DNA of 51,875 bases from Octopus bimaculoides (taxonomy: Eukaryota): assembly GCF_001194135.2 (NCBI RefSeq), contig NC_068991.1, forward strand, positions 79,254,598 through 79,306,472, read 5' to 3'. Made by a program: the position numbers and the translations under genes. Numbering within the stretch: position 1 is the stretch's first letter; each line of letters begins with the position of its first letter. Shown here piece by piece: positions 13,315-25,904 of the stretch. The notes beneath the pieces were generated by a model that had not been told where the DNA came from, searched no databases, and was given only the letters and a program-made list of their open reading frames with translations.

Positions 13315-13664
13315 GATATATACATGTGTGTGTATATATAATTCAATAAGTTGGAGTCAACAAGAAGGAGTACAGACGAACATTTATTTGTAATCACTAC
13401 AATTGTTTCCACGCAACGTAGCTCTCCAAGATTGAAGCTATTTGGTTATGTAACCGTTTCCCAGCACTGCGAAATCTTGTGTTTTATCAGGTTATATATA
13501 ACAATTGTTTCTGTGTTCCGTAAACTATATATATTTGGATATATATCTATGTACGCACGCGTGCGTGTATATCTTTCTAAGCATATGCATGTCCGACTAT
13601 GTATGCTTATGTGTGTATGCACGGACATATACAAAATCCGTACTTGTAGTATGTAGTTGTGTAG

Positions 13665-13702
<38 letters not shown>

Positions 13703-14624
13703 TTATATATAAGTATGGGTGTGCGTGTGTATGTATATATACGAAAGCATGTATGTATATGCGTACGTATGTGTATATCTAACATTCGTGTGCGTGTGTG
13801 TAAATGAATTTTATATGTAAGCGTACATGGGCTTTTGTATGTAAAGTCGTAGGGGCTTACATTCACGTACGTATACGTATATGTATAGATGAGGGCATGT
13901 ATGTGTACATATGGGTGTGAATGTATGTAGAACGATGTATATGTTCATGTAAGTACATCAACGGAATGACCGGTAAATTTTTGAAGGTCAACCAGTGAAT
14001 ATCAGCCAATTACAAGTGTAACCGGCCATGAAGAATGAATTAACAGTAACAAAAAAAATCAGTGACAGGCAGAGTCTTCTTGATAATTTAGTAAATTATA
14101 TGCTGTAGTGGAGGCAACATGTTCTTTGTCTATCTCATTAACTTCTTGGAGATTTTAGATATAATTATACTAATGTGTCCAGGTGTTCTAATTTAATTAA
14201 ATTCTATGTCTTTGTGCAGCTGAGGATTGCTCTGCATTTTTATGTAATGATTACATTGTTCAATTAAATGGAGTTTCATGAAACGATCGTACTGCATTAC
14301 CTCTGGATATCCTTGTTGCTTATTTTGATATATATATATNNNNNNNNNNNNNNNNNNNNNNNNNNNNNNNNNNNNNNNNNNNNNNNNNNNNNNNNNNNNN
14401 NNNNNNNNNNNNNNNNNNNNNNNNNNNNNNNNNNNNNNNNNNNNNNNNNNNNNNNNNNNNNNNNNNNNNNNNNNNNNNNNNNNNNNNNNNNNNNNNNNNN
14501 NNNNNNNNNNNNNNNNNNNNNNNNNNNATATATATATATATATGTGTGTGTGTGTGCAAAACAAATAAAAACCAATATATTTATGCATTCGTTAGAGACC
14601 ATAAACACACAAACATGTTCAGCA

Positions 14625-14671
<47 letters not shown>

Positions 14672-15230
14672 ATAATAATAATTAAAAGCCGACAACAAAT
14701 ACCACCCATTTCAAAAACAAGACAGGAAATTAGATAACTATTATTCTTTTATATTATTTCAATGACGGACTGATGGCGTATGAAGCTTACTCTTTTGATA
14801 TGACATAGTCGGTATACCTTTGGCTATGTTACTAGTTACTGTAACAACAGACATTGTAATAATGCTGCACTTCTTTTCCGTAATCGTTTTCCGTTGTAGC
14901 TAATATTAAAGACATTCAGCGTCCCATTCTATGTATATTTCCTTTAGTAACCCACGTCTGTAGCAATGTTTCCTTTGTATTGTTACATTAAAGTTAGGAA
15001 ATATTTACATACATCACTATGAAACTGAAAAACAAAAAACATTTAGAGTGTCGAAACGTTTAGCTACAATTTAGAAGTTTTGCGCATTGGAATATTCACT
15101 GATAGTGTCACTTAGGCACTCATTAACGAAACTGATATATTAACAATCTCACGTGGCATTCCATCGGTTACGACGACGTGAAATTAACGTGCATGGGGCT
15201 GAGCACTCCACAGACACATGTATCACTTCC

Positions 15231-15264
<34 letters not shown>

Positions 15265-15811
15265 CACAGTTGAAATGCTGATTTTTCTTTTCACCCCTTC
15301 CTCCGCTCTTGCTTTGCCGTTTATACAAGGTAAGACCTATTTTTATTATATTATTTACATTCACCGTGCGCGTCTCTTAATAATGAGAAATTTGTGCCTT
15401 TGGAGTGTTGACTCCTATTTCTAGCATGTCGTATTCCAGTACACTAATTTTACCAACTGTGACCCTCCGCAAATCCCAAATTTTATTTTATTTAATTTGC
15501 TTTGTAGGATCGACTGTTTTGACGATGACGCATCTTGTCCTAACGCTCAAAATGCGGAGTAGATAAAACAGGGGACAATTGACGAAGGGATTGTTCTTTA
15601 TGTTGCCCGTCTCATTTTTCTATTTGTTTCTTTCCTTGTTCAAAAAAAGTTCGTTTTTCATGTTTTTGTAATTCATCTTCTCGCTTTTCTTGTTGTTTAC
15701 GTTTTTGACGTTCTGTACCCATATATGCATGTGTATATACATATATAAGTATGTACATGTATATTTGTGTGTGTGTGTGTGTGTATATATTTATATATAT
15801 ATATATATATA

Positions 15812-15960
15812 CAGGGTTGGCCAAAAGTCCCCCGGCAGTAAATCAAAATTCCATAGATGCTATCTGTAATTCTGTATTGACTCAAATGGAAAAAATGTGT
15901 CGCTCCAGAAGGACTTAAGTTTGAACAATTTTCCTGATGTTCCATATTTAGATGCTTTTA
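15812..15960 (+). mobile_element. Tc1/mariner-type terminal fragment (single TIR)
   Basis: TA|CAGGGTTGGCCAAAAGTC directly after a (TA)n tract; no partner TIR found in the window. Confidence 0.5.
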
Positions 15961-16029
15961 TTAAATTCATTCAGTTGTTAAACAGAAATAAATTTAGAAA
16001 TTAAATGGTTTTGAATTACTGTCAGGTGA

Positions 16030-16206
16030 CTTTTCGTCAACTCAGTATATATAACAAAACTGTCCGACGAACGGAAATGTGAAACTCTGAGTACCAGTTT
16101 TTTTGTGATATTTCTGTTGCTTTTAATTACTCCAGAATATTACTCTACCTCTGGTATTTGAGTATTGTTTTTTTCCACCTTGTTTCACATTTATTTTCTT
16201 ACTCCG
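16030..16206 (+). mobile_element. Short Penelope-like terminal-repeat-type element carrying a hammerhead
   Basis: Contains the hammerhead at 16056-16101; ends in ...TTACTCCGG next to (TA)n. PLE origin is inferred from the ribozyme architecture. Confidence 0.5.
16056..16101 (+). ncRNA. Type-I hammerhead ribozyme motif with short stem III
   Basis: AAAACUGU-CCGACGA-ACG(GAAA)UGU-GAA-ACUC(U)GAGU-A-CCAGUUUU. Stem I has 7 bp plus a U.C mismatch, stem II has a GAAA tetraloop, and the predicted cut is after GUA at 16093. U4C variant. Confidence 0.7.
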
Positions 16207-18213
16207 GTATATATATTTATATATGTATATATAACTGATAGGTTTCGGCTAGCATAGGCCCAGGCCATGCCTAAATATATATGAAAGTATTTATGTGTAT
16301 ATATTTCTATATACAGAGAGAAAGAGAGAGAGAGTGATAGATATGCATTGTATTAAATGTATATGTATGCACAGCATGGAGATATGTATATGCCTGTATA
16401 TATACGTATATACATATAGGTATATATGAGTGTGTGTGTGTGCTGACTATATAACAAGCCATATAGGCAATAAATGTCCACAGATACTTACACGCATTGA
16501 AACACACACACACATTGCCATACATAGTTTGATGCGCATGAGAGTAAAATCCCGAAATGCATTTGAATTTGTTGGAATGAAGTTGATGACTCGATTGCAA
16601 GAGGGACGTCGTTATAAATTTTTACTTATATGGTTTAAGTTCTGCGAGCTTATCTCACATGTTATCATTCTCAGGTTGGAGAATGATTAATATCAAGAAC
16701 ACACGAATTTCGCACCGACATTATTTACACCGGAAAGAAAGAAAGAACTAGGCCAAAAGTGAATATGATGTAGGAGAGTGAAAAAAGGGAGAGAAAAACA
16801 AAGAATAGAAATACAAAACATATGAGACAGAAAGAAGCTAGGTTTTATAAACGACAGCGATGAAGTTAGACTATCAAATATCATGAGAAATGTAAATTTT
16901 CAGACTCTATTAGATTTTCTGGAAATATATATAGGAAAAATATATTCTAAGCTATAAAAATTTGATGAATTTTGACTCAAACGTTAATTTATCATGAAAG
17001 AGATGTAAGCAGAGTCAGTACTTAAATAGTCAACCAATTATGGCGTTTACTAACACCCACCACATCCCAGCCGCTTTCTAAGAAAAATGATTTGTAACTA
17101 TTTTCGTATGTAAGAAACATTTTCCAATGTAGATTAAATGGTGAGTATATCGTGCAAAGGAATATTTGAATTCTTTGTAATGCACATATTTCTCTTGAAT
17201 TAGATACATTGTCAGAAACATATGCAATCAATGCAACACAGTTTCGAATTAAAGAGTGTAAAGCATGAACATTAACCATAATCTTGCATGTATCTATATA
17301 TCTAACTACATATATCACACACAAACGCACAACATTCACGAATTTGATCGTACGTCAATGATGCCATTTATATGTATGTATGTATGAAAACATGTAAAAA
17401 TCATTAATGTGGGAACTAAGCAATTTGCGATGCTTCTTAGTAGAGATTGGTATGTGGGTATCCCTCATTCGATTAATCTATTTGAGACGATTGCCATCTA
17501 ATTTGAGGAATATATAACAACAATGAAAGTGGCAAGAGAGCCAGAAACTATTCTATTTTGGAAATGGTTGAATAATATGATATAAATACCAAAGATGAGA
17601 CCAAATTAGCCTCTACTGTGTACGGCAACATCCTTTTTCTGGTTAATAAGGGACAAATGTACACCCTTAGCGTGGGTCGAATGCGCTTGTTAACTTCATA
17701 ATTCTCGGCATTGCTAGGTATCATAAGCGTTGAGATATCAAGTCTACAGTTAATGAAACGAATAGCCTGTAGAGTAAACTATGTGTTAAATGTGTGTGTG
17801 TGTATTTGTGTGTGCATGGGTGTGTGTGAAGGCACGTAATTGTGTATACGTGTGTATAAGTACGTGTGTATGAACTTGCTTGAAAGTTTTATAATATTCG
17901 ACTGCTATTGATGAAAGATGTGTAGATACTTGTCGCTTTATTTCCAACGGCTTTCATCGAAGGCACATATGGCCTGTACAATTCCAGCCTTGATCAGCAG
18001 GTAGGTCATTTATTGACTGGCCTAGTACGCTTCCCTATAATGTTCCTGCAATCTACTGCAGCCAAATTCAGGTTCAGGAGATTGGTTTACGTTTTGTAGT
18101 GAATCGACTGGTGAGTCAAACTTGAACGTGCTTTCAGGAGCGAGTAATTCGTGTCATAACAAGTAAAATAAGTGTTTGGTCTTTGTGGGGAGAATTAAAT
18201 TAGAAAAAGTAAA

Positions 18214-18775
18214 GGATCTATTTTAAAATGGGGGCCACATTTTTCCTTAATGTTTTACGTAGTGTTTTTGGTACGGAAAGACTTTCAAACTTCGTATACT
18301 TATCTATTTTGTGTTATAGAACAGAAAAATATTTTTGTATTCGAATTTATTTCATGTAAAAAATTGTCTTATTTCGATAATTTCAACCAATCACTGACAA
18401 GTATTCAGTTGTTTACATTTACTCCTTTGGCTGATTAAGCGATGTAAAGCGTATTTAATCTCCATACCTTCGTTTTATTTGCTTTTTTCATTTTAAATTT
18501 GCTTTAACCCTAACCCTACGGTTAGGGTTAGGGTTAATTGTTTCAGAATCGTCTGTTTATGTAGTCGGCACTTAATGTATATCGGCTGAATGGACGTCAG
18601 TGATTGGTTGAAATAACAGAAATACGACGACTTTAAGATGGAATAACTTATGGATTTCTTATTTTTTAAAGAAGACTAAGAGAAAAAGATGTTTTATATG
18701 ACACATTCTACCAGGGTTCCAAGTTTCAAAGTGTTTCGTTAATGAAAAATGTGGCCCCCGTTTTAAAAAAGATCC
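18214..18775. mobile_element. MITE with GG-terminal TIRs and 8-bp TSD (Merlin-like)
   Basis: TIR GGATCT(A/T)TTTTAAAA(T/C)GGGGGCCACATTTTTC(C/A)TTAA (~37 bp); exact TSD AAAGTAAA at 18206-18213 and 18776-18783. Confidence 0.85.
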
Positions 18776-18987
18776 AAAGTAAATTCAAAAGGATTATGCC
18801 TGTGTATACACAGGTAATACAACATCTGTTGAAGGACACGAAACACTTTGCATGATATTAAACCTATAAACATACACATACGTTCGGAATCTCAAGTGCG
18901 GGAAAACGCATACATTCATACACACACACATTTGTAAAAACATCGACAGAGCTATTAGACATTCATAAGTTATATATACATATATAT

Positions 18988-19027
<40 letters not shown>

Positions 19028-19037
19028 CTATGTATAC

Positions 19038-19092
<55 letters not shown>

Positions 19093-20054
19093 GTATTTGC
19101 GTGTGCATGTGTGTATGTATGTGTGTGTGTGTTTTTCTATTTTTAATTAAGGTTCGTTCTCCGAGTATTATCATTTTCAAGGTTATTTGAGATAATGTTT
19201 GCATTTGTAAGATTTCAGAGAAATTTTATATCTCAATTACAAAACAGGATTAACAGAGAAATATATACGTTTGTTTTCTTCAACGTATCTCCTCTAGATG
19301 CATCGCAAGGAGATTAATGCTAATATTAGTCATTCGTAGCTACTAAAAACTTAGATTTCATACAGAAAAATCAATACATTTTTTTTTTTTTAGAATAACC
19401 TAGATTGTTCTAGAAGTAAATCAGAATTAAAACTCAAGAATTTCACTAAAACCAGCAAACGTGTGATACGTTCGCGAATTCAGTCATTTTCGGTGTTCTG
19501 GCTTATACTTCTGTCCCTCCTCTCAATCTTGTTTTGCGTTTATTTGATTTTCTTTTTTACCTGATAAATCGTTCATTATATTCATATTCTCCACAAGTGA
19601 CTTCTCTTCTGCTTTTATTTCGGAGCAATTTTCTGACTAAATAATAGATATTTGAATGCTCTAGGCAGTGTTTTGCTCATAAAGATATGTCTTATTGAAA
19701 TACTGTGCCAGATTATGACATAAGCCGCAGAGTCCCTAAGTGGCCACCTGCTAGCTTGTCAGAAATAATTGCTAAATATCATTTCAAATGAAATAATACC
19801 GGCTTCGAAACGACGAATACATTTCATTATAGAATTCTTTGCATATAATATCTAAGGGAGTTTAAGGCTGAAATCACATTGGTTTCCCAATTGGTGATGA
19901 CTTTCGACTACATATACATCAAAACAAAAGCATCAGCAACAATAACAGCAACATTAACACCAATAAAAATAACAACAGCAGCGGCGACGACGAAAACGTA
20001 AACAGCAGTATCATCAACGTCTACATAAACGATAAAAATTGCAGCAAAAGGACT

Positions 20055-20220
20055 TACAAATATAACATACAAAAAAAAATGGCACTATTGGGCACGGCAC
20101 ACATCCAATACAGTAACCGTAAGAGCATCACAGCAAACCTCAGCACATACCCAAGGCGCACAGAGCTGCGCTCGGTAGGGAAGTGAAAGTACGTTATAAA
20201 AATAAAACTACTGAATAATA
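20055..20220 (+). mobile_element. RLE LINE extreme 3' end and 3'UTR
   Basis: QKKMALLGTAHI followed by a UTR shared (inverted) with 21870-22140; ends in an AAT-rich tail. Confidence 0.8.
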
Positions 20221-20226
20221 ACAACA

Positions 20227-20258
<32 letters not shown>

Positions 20259-20324
20259 GAGATGATTAGAGGAAATAAATATAAAAGGCAGTTTGGTACT
20301 GATCCAGAAAACAATGTTTTTACT

Positions 20325-20400
20325 GACAGCTAGGACACTTTGGAGGGTTCTTGGCATCTAAGATTACTTGTTGTAGCCCGATATTAGAATTTTTTCTTTT
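20325..20400 (+). mobile_element. Short RLE LINE C-terminal relic
   Basis: TARTLWRVLGI* resembles the GTARI..KVL C-terminus seen at 41395-41432. Confidence 0.45.
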
Positions 20401-20479
20401 CCAACAGTCTAATCTGTTGTGTTTATAATAATGAAAATAATAATAATAATAATAATAATAATGATGGTAATAGTAATGA

Positions 20480-21072
20480 TATGAATTCTGTTTGGTATTG
20501 CGAGGAATGTAAAGTGTTTTCTAGAGAGAAGTATGATGAGATGGAAGGCTGAACTGACATCTTATGGAAAAGCTTGGGCACCCTGGGTATCAAAAAAAGA
20601 TTTTCCAGGGTGACAGCTTATCTCCGTTGCTTTTTGTTCTCTGCATGACACCCCTAACCTTGGTAATTAGGAAAATGAAGCTGAGGTACCAACTAAAGGA
20701 AAAATCCCAAACAATCAACTATCTCCTCTTCGTGGATGATTTGAAACTGTATGGCAAAGGTGAGACACAAGTGACCTCCTTGATGAGCACGGTCGACTAT
20801 TTTAGTACCAATATTAGAATGGAATTTTGACTTAAGAAGTGCGAAATAATCTATCTAAAAAGAGGCAAGGTAGAGTCCCTAGCAGAGATAGAATTACCGA
20901 ATAGAGACTTGACTAAACAAATTGGAACGGAAGGATACAAGTACGTTCGTGTACTAGATTTCAATGAGATAATAGAAAAGGAAACGAAAGGGTAGCTGAG
21001 GATGGAATATCTCCGAAAACTGAAGTTGGTGTGGCACTCAAAATTCACTGGATGAAATAAAATCCAAGCAGT

Positions 21073-21075
<3 letters not shown>
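20480..21075 (+). mobile_element. R4/Dong-like LINE reverse-transcriptase fragment
   Basis: IFQGDSLSPLLFVLCM...INYLLFVDDLKLYGK (RT motifs QGD and xxDD), continuing to EYLRKLKLVWHSK; stops present; preceded by (AAT)n. Confidence 0.9.
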
Positions 21076-21110
<35 letters not shown>

Positions 21111-21487
21111 CATGATTTGATCTCGACTCACGAGAGTCAGCTGAAATAAAATGCGAACGCTTGAGTGTCAGCACAGACAAACCTTTCAGGATGTGCTGAA
21201 TATTTTTGATCGAAATGCTGATTCTCCGATAGTGTCTAATATCATATATTTCACATCCATTAAATGTCTAACGAAGCCCTTGTTTTTCTTTAATATATCA
21301 TGGATCTTATTTATTGTAACTAATGCATGCTCTTAAAATTGTGAATGTACCATAATTCAGGTTTTTATAAATATTGGTTAGGACATATTGGAATCGGAGT
21401 TAATGGTGTTTGATATTAGATTTTCTGGAAATCAGTTGAAACTACTTTGGAAAACGTAATTTTTAGTGCAGTCCCCATTTAACATGG

Positions 21488-21531
<44 letters not shown>

Positions 21532-21869
21532 CTGTATAGGAAAACTGTGTAATGGCATTGGAATGTTATTTAAATATATTGATATGTTACTCACGAAAAC
21601 ATGACATTTAACCTTGTAAGCATTCCTCTGTTCAGATCGTTCAATAATGTTCAGTAATGGAAGAAGCAGAAATAGATATGCATAGACAATAGCACCATGA
21701 TGGACATACGAGGTTCTTAGAAGAGATGACGGTCAACTATGATTAGAGAAAATTGCAAGTAAGAAATAGTTTAGATATCCGATAATAGATAGCTAAAAGA
21801 AATGCTTCTTTATCAGTCAGGTTGTTGCTGCTTTTGTTGTTGTTGTTGTTATTATTATTATTATTATTA

Positions 21870-22140
21870 TTCAGTAGTCTTATTTCCATCATGTGCTTTC
21901 ACTGCAATACCGAGTGCGCAGCTCTGTGTGCCTTGAGTATGTGCTGTGGTTTGTTGTGATGCTCTCATGGTTACTGTATTGAAAGTGTTTTACGTAGGAT
22001 ACGTGCGGTGCCTAGTAGTGGCATTTTCTGTATGTTATATATATTTGTTAGTCCTGGTGTTTTTGTTATGTATTTGTGTGAATACATTTTTATCATTCCT
22101 AATGCAACTACTGTAATAGGAAATGTTTCCGTTTTTAGAC
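21870..22140 (-). mobile_element. RLE LINE 3' end embedded in (TAA)n
   Basis: Reverse complement of the 20055-20220 sequence, extended 5'; (ATT)n on both sides. Confidence 0.8.
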
Positions 22141-22589
22141 TTTATTATTATTATTATTAGTAGTAGTAGTAGTAGTGACAGCAACGGTAGTAGCAACGGC
22201 AACAAGGGCAGCAGCAGTAGAGCAGTGGTTTTCCATGCTTTTGTTTAATTGCATGTCAATTCTGATGGAGCAGAAATATAATTAGATCCTTCCAATCCTA
22301 GTTGTCCTCCCAAGGATAAAGCTATGTAGGACATTGTGATTGAATGTAGATTCATCTGAAAATCTTAAAATATAATTTGACGGAATCTGGTTGCTATTCC
22401 TTGCAAGTCGAACCACAGCGTAAACCCTTTAACAGTTAAATTCGAGTTGAAAATGCGCAGACAATTAAGAATATTCTCAGGTATATTTCTTAAAACGATA
22501 TTATTTGATAACCTGTAACAGTATTAGTAGATACCTATATGCCTAAATAGCAATCAATGGCAAGATTCCAATTAGTAACGATTAACAGG

Positions 22590-22760
22590 ATTGCTCCTAA
22601 GAAAATTCATAGTGAAGTTGCTAAACGTTATGTTATAACGCTGGAAGATAAACTGGCTATGATAAACCGCCACGAAAAAGGTGAAAACGTGGTAGCAATT
22701 GCACGATCTTTTGGGATGAGTCGGACAGCTGTATCGACGATTGTACATAAAAAGATTTTA
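22590..22760 (+). mobile_element. Tigger/pogo transposase N-terminal CENP-B-like HTH relic
   Basis: KRYVITLEDKLAMINRHEKGENVVAIARSFGMSRTAVSTIV matches the CENP-B/psq-type HTH pattern; truncated, with no DDE domain. Confidence 0.75.
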
Positions 22761-22964
22761 GCGCTCATGGGTTTTATTAACCATGTATTATAGAAAATAC
22801 ATTCATAAATAAAGTACATAACTGGGAATGGTTATTAACTGTTTAACCTAGAGACAAGTAAATTCAGCTTAGCTTAGCATAGAGAAAGTTAATTCGACTT
22901 AACTCGTGTCTCCTGGAATCAATGAACGACGTAGCTATGCCTGTATATATAATTATACATACAC

Positions 22965-22971
<7 letters not shown>

Positions 22972-23046
<75 letters not shown>
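22972..23046. repeat. Long pure (CA)n microsatellite
   Basis: Directly visible; one of dozens of (AT)n, (CA)n, (AG)n, (AAT)n and (TAC)n tracts in the window. Confidence 0.95.
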
Positions 23047-23050
<4 letters not shown>

Positions 23051-23460
23051 TATATATATGATTGATATAATTGTTTACGTATTGTTACATAATGTGAAAA
23101 ATTTCCCCTATTAAGAAATATAGGCACAGCGTGGTTTTTGTATTCGCACATATGTATAATGCTAATAACTATCATTTACAGGTGTAATACTCAAACGTAT
23201 GTAAATTCGTTGAGTATATTTAACTATAGGCGACAAACTGTAAATTCTCGTCTTAATAAGTATCTGTACCGGTAAACTTTTGAAACCTGAAAGTAACTTC
23301 TGAAATCACATTGAAATATGAATGTGTTCATCTTGTCAACCGATTTCTTTTTATATATTCTAAAATAAGGCGCGGAACAAAAAAGAAAAAAATAACGAAG
23401 TATTTTGATAAAAGAAATAGTTTCAGTGAATGAGAGAGTGGAAGTAAACAGAATACATTA

Positions 23461-23536
<76 letters not shown>

Positions 23537-24178
23537 TCACATTCTTTTATATGTATGTTTGCATATATGTATGCATGTCTGTGTAGATATACGACTATGT
23601 GCGTGCATTTTTGACCGTGTATCTGTACATATAAGGCGGTTTATAAATACATGTTGTTGAGTATATATGTAAGTGCAGAAAATTTCTGCTTTCTGAATCT
23701 TATGTTGCATCACGATTCATTTCGTATTTCTTTTCGCTACTTAAGTGCATACATGCAGATTGTTTCTTACTTAAACGCACATTCCTATGCACAGACACAC
23801 ACACACATAAGTAGAATTGACACACAGAAATGAAAACACATTCCTTTAATCTCTCTCCATATTTCTCTTTTCCTGTCATTGTTCACTTTTCTATTATTTT
23901 CTGTTTGATACACATCAATTACGAGAAGGAAAATATATGCACATGTATGCACTCTGTATACTCGCTTCTAATCATCCTTTCCGCTCGTTTACCTACGCGG
24001 AGCAACAACCGCACAGCGTTCCACACACTCAACACTAACAGAAACACGCACGCGCACGCACACACAAAGACACACGCACGCATATATATGCATATTCATA
24101 TGTAAATATATACATAGACAAATCATATATTACATACATATATATACATATATACATGTATATATGTACATATGATGC

Positions 24179-24210
<32 letters not shown>

Positions 24211-25529
24211 GTATGTATATACTTATATGCATATTCATTTGTAAATATGTTCATTGGCAAATTATGTATATATTACATATGTATACATATATACATCCAA
24301 ACATAACACACACACACATAAACACACACACATTATATATATATATATATATATATCTATATATATATGCACATACATTCATATACAGTAATAAATATAC
24401 CCACACATATACATACAAAACTATACAAATAAACATACACGCGTACATACTGACACACACACACAGACAGGCAAACAGACACGCACGTTTAAGTACACAT
24501 ATTGAATCTTAAGTATTGCTATTAGACCTATATACACTTGCATGCAGACACATTTATACGCACATTCAGACCCAAATCCACACATATATATAATGCTTAT
24601 GTGTATGTTGTATGTGCATACTTTTATTTACTTTGTTATTCATATTTACATTATAATTTCGCCACACTTGATTTCATCCTATGCTCTCATACACATTTCC
24701 TAGAATAATGGAAGTAAATAAAATTACAGGTTTGTGAGTGATATCAGCTGAAACATAGAACAATTTTTACAATTGAAATTCAATATGCTGTTATGAACAT
24801 TTTTGTTTCTTTTCGTTTTCAGGAGAGAAACGTATAATGGCTTTCAAAGAGGATTTAAACGAAAATGTTACATAAATGCTTTCGTCATCGTCATCTATGA
24901 TGTTTCAGAGAAGCAAGGATCGACGTCGGCGCTGCTCACGCTGCTGCTGATGTTATTGTTTCTTTGAAATTTGGTACAATTTTCTAATTCTTTTGATTGT
25001 TGTAGAGAAAGAAGGGTGAGATCAATTCCTGGACTGTTTTAACATGAATGTATTGCTTACCATTACAGCGAGATATCTTCCGCCATTTGACGCAGTCTCT
25101 CGTTGTGAAGGAAGATGACACACACACACACACACAAACACATACACACACACACGATACATAAATAAAGTTAGTGTTTTTATATAGATTTATACGTATA
25201 TACAAAGCAGTCTAACCTTCTTTATACTCCTTTGAAGTATCACCGAATACCGCCGAGTAGAGTATCGCATACATTTAATCTTTACATTATATACATATAT
25301 ATATATATATATATATNNNNNNNNNNNNNNNNNNNNNNNNNNNNNNNNNNNNNNNNNNNNNNNNNNNNNNNNNNNNNNNNNNNNNNNNNNNNNNNNNNNN
25401 NNNNNNNNNNNNNNNNCACACACATCTATACACACACACACACACATCTATACACATATACACACACACACATATATATATATATAATATATATATATAT
25501 AACGTAACTACATGTGAATCGTTGGTGAT

Positions 25530-25700
25530 TTTCTTCCTCCGTCTTCCTTTCTATTGGACTTTCCTCTATTTCTGAAAAAGAGCGTTGTTCGAAACGTTAA
25601 ACCATCTCTCTGTCCTTCCCTGAGCGTCTGCTAATACCTTACAAGTACCACGTCCTCGCGTTGCAGTTTTTTGTGTTTGTTCTTATTTGTTTTGATTTAC
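25530..25700 (+). mobile_element. Penelope-like terminal-repeat-type relic with minimal hammerhead (25569-25601, G8A)
   Basis: UUU-CUGAAAA-A-GAGC(GUU)GUUC-GAA-ACGU-U-AAA. Confidence 0.55.
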
Positions 25701-25904
25701 CATTTATACATACATATATATATATACAAAGATATATACATACATATGTAAACATAGATGTATACTTATAAATATATACATAGCTATATACATACACATA
25801 TAAACATATATATTAAATATATACTTTTATAAAACAAATTTTACAAAATATATAGTATCTGTTAACAGTCTTAGCCAAAAACTCACAGTTGAGTTTTTGT
25901 ATAT

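Noticed and set aside
24991-25011. TTTTGATTGTTGTAGAGAAAG resembles miR-315 (shared first 12 nt as I recall it)
   Set aside because: Three central mismatches and no complementary arm nearby, so no precursor hairpin.
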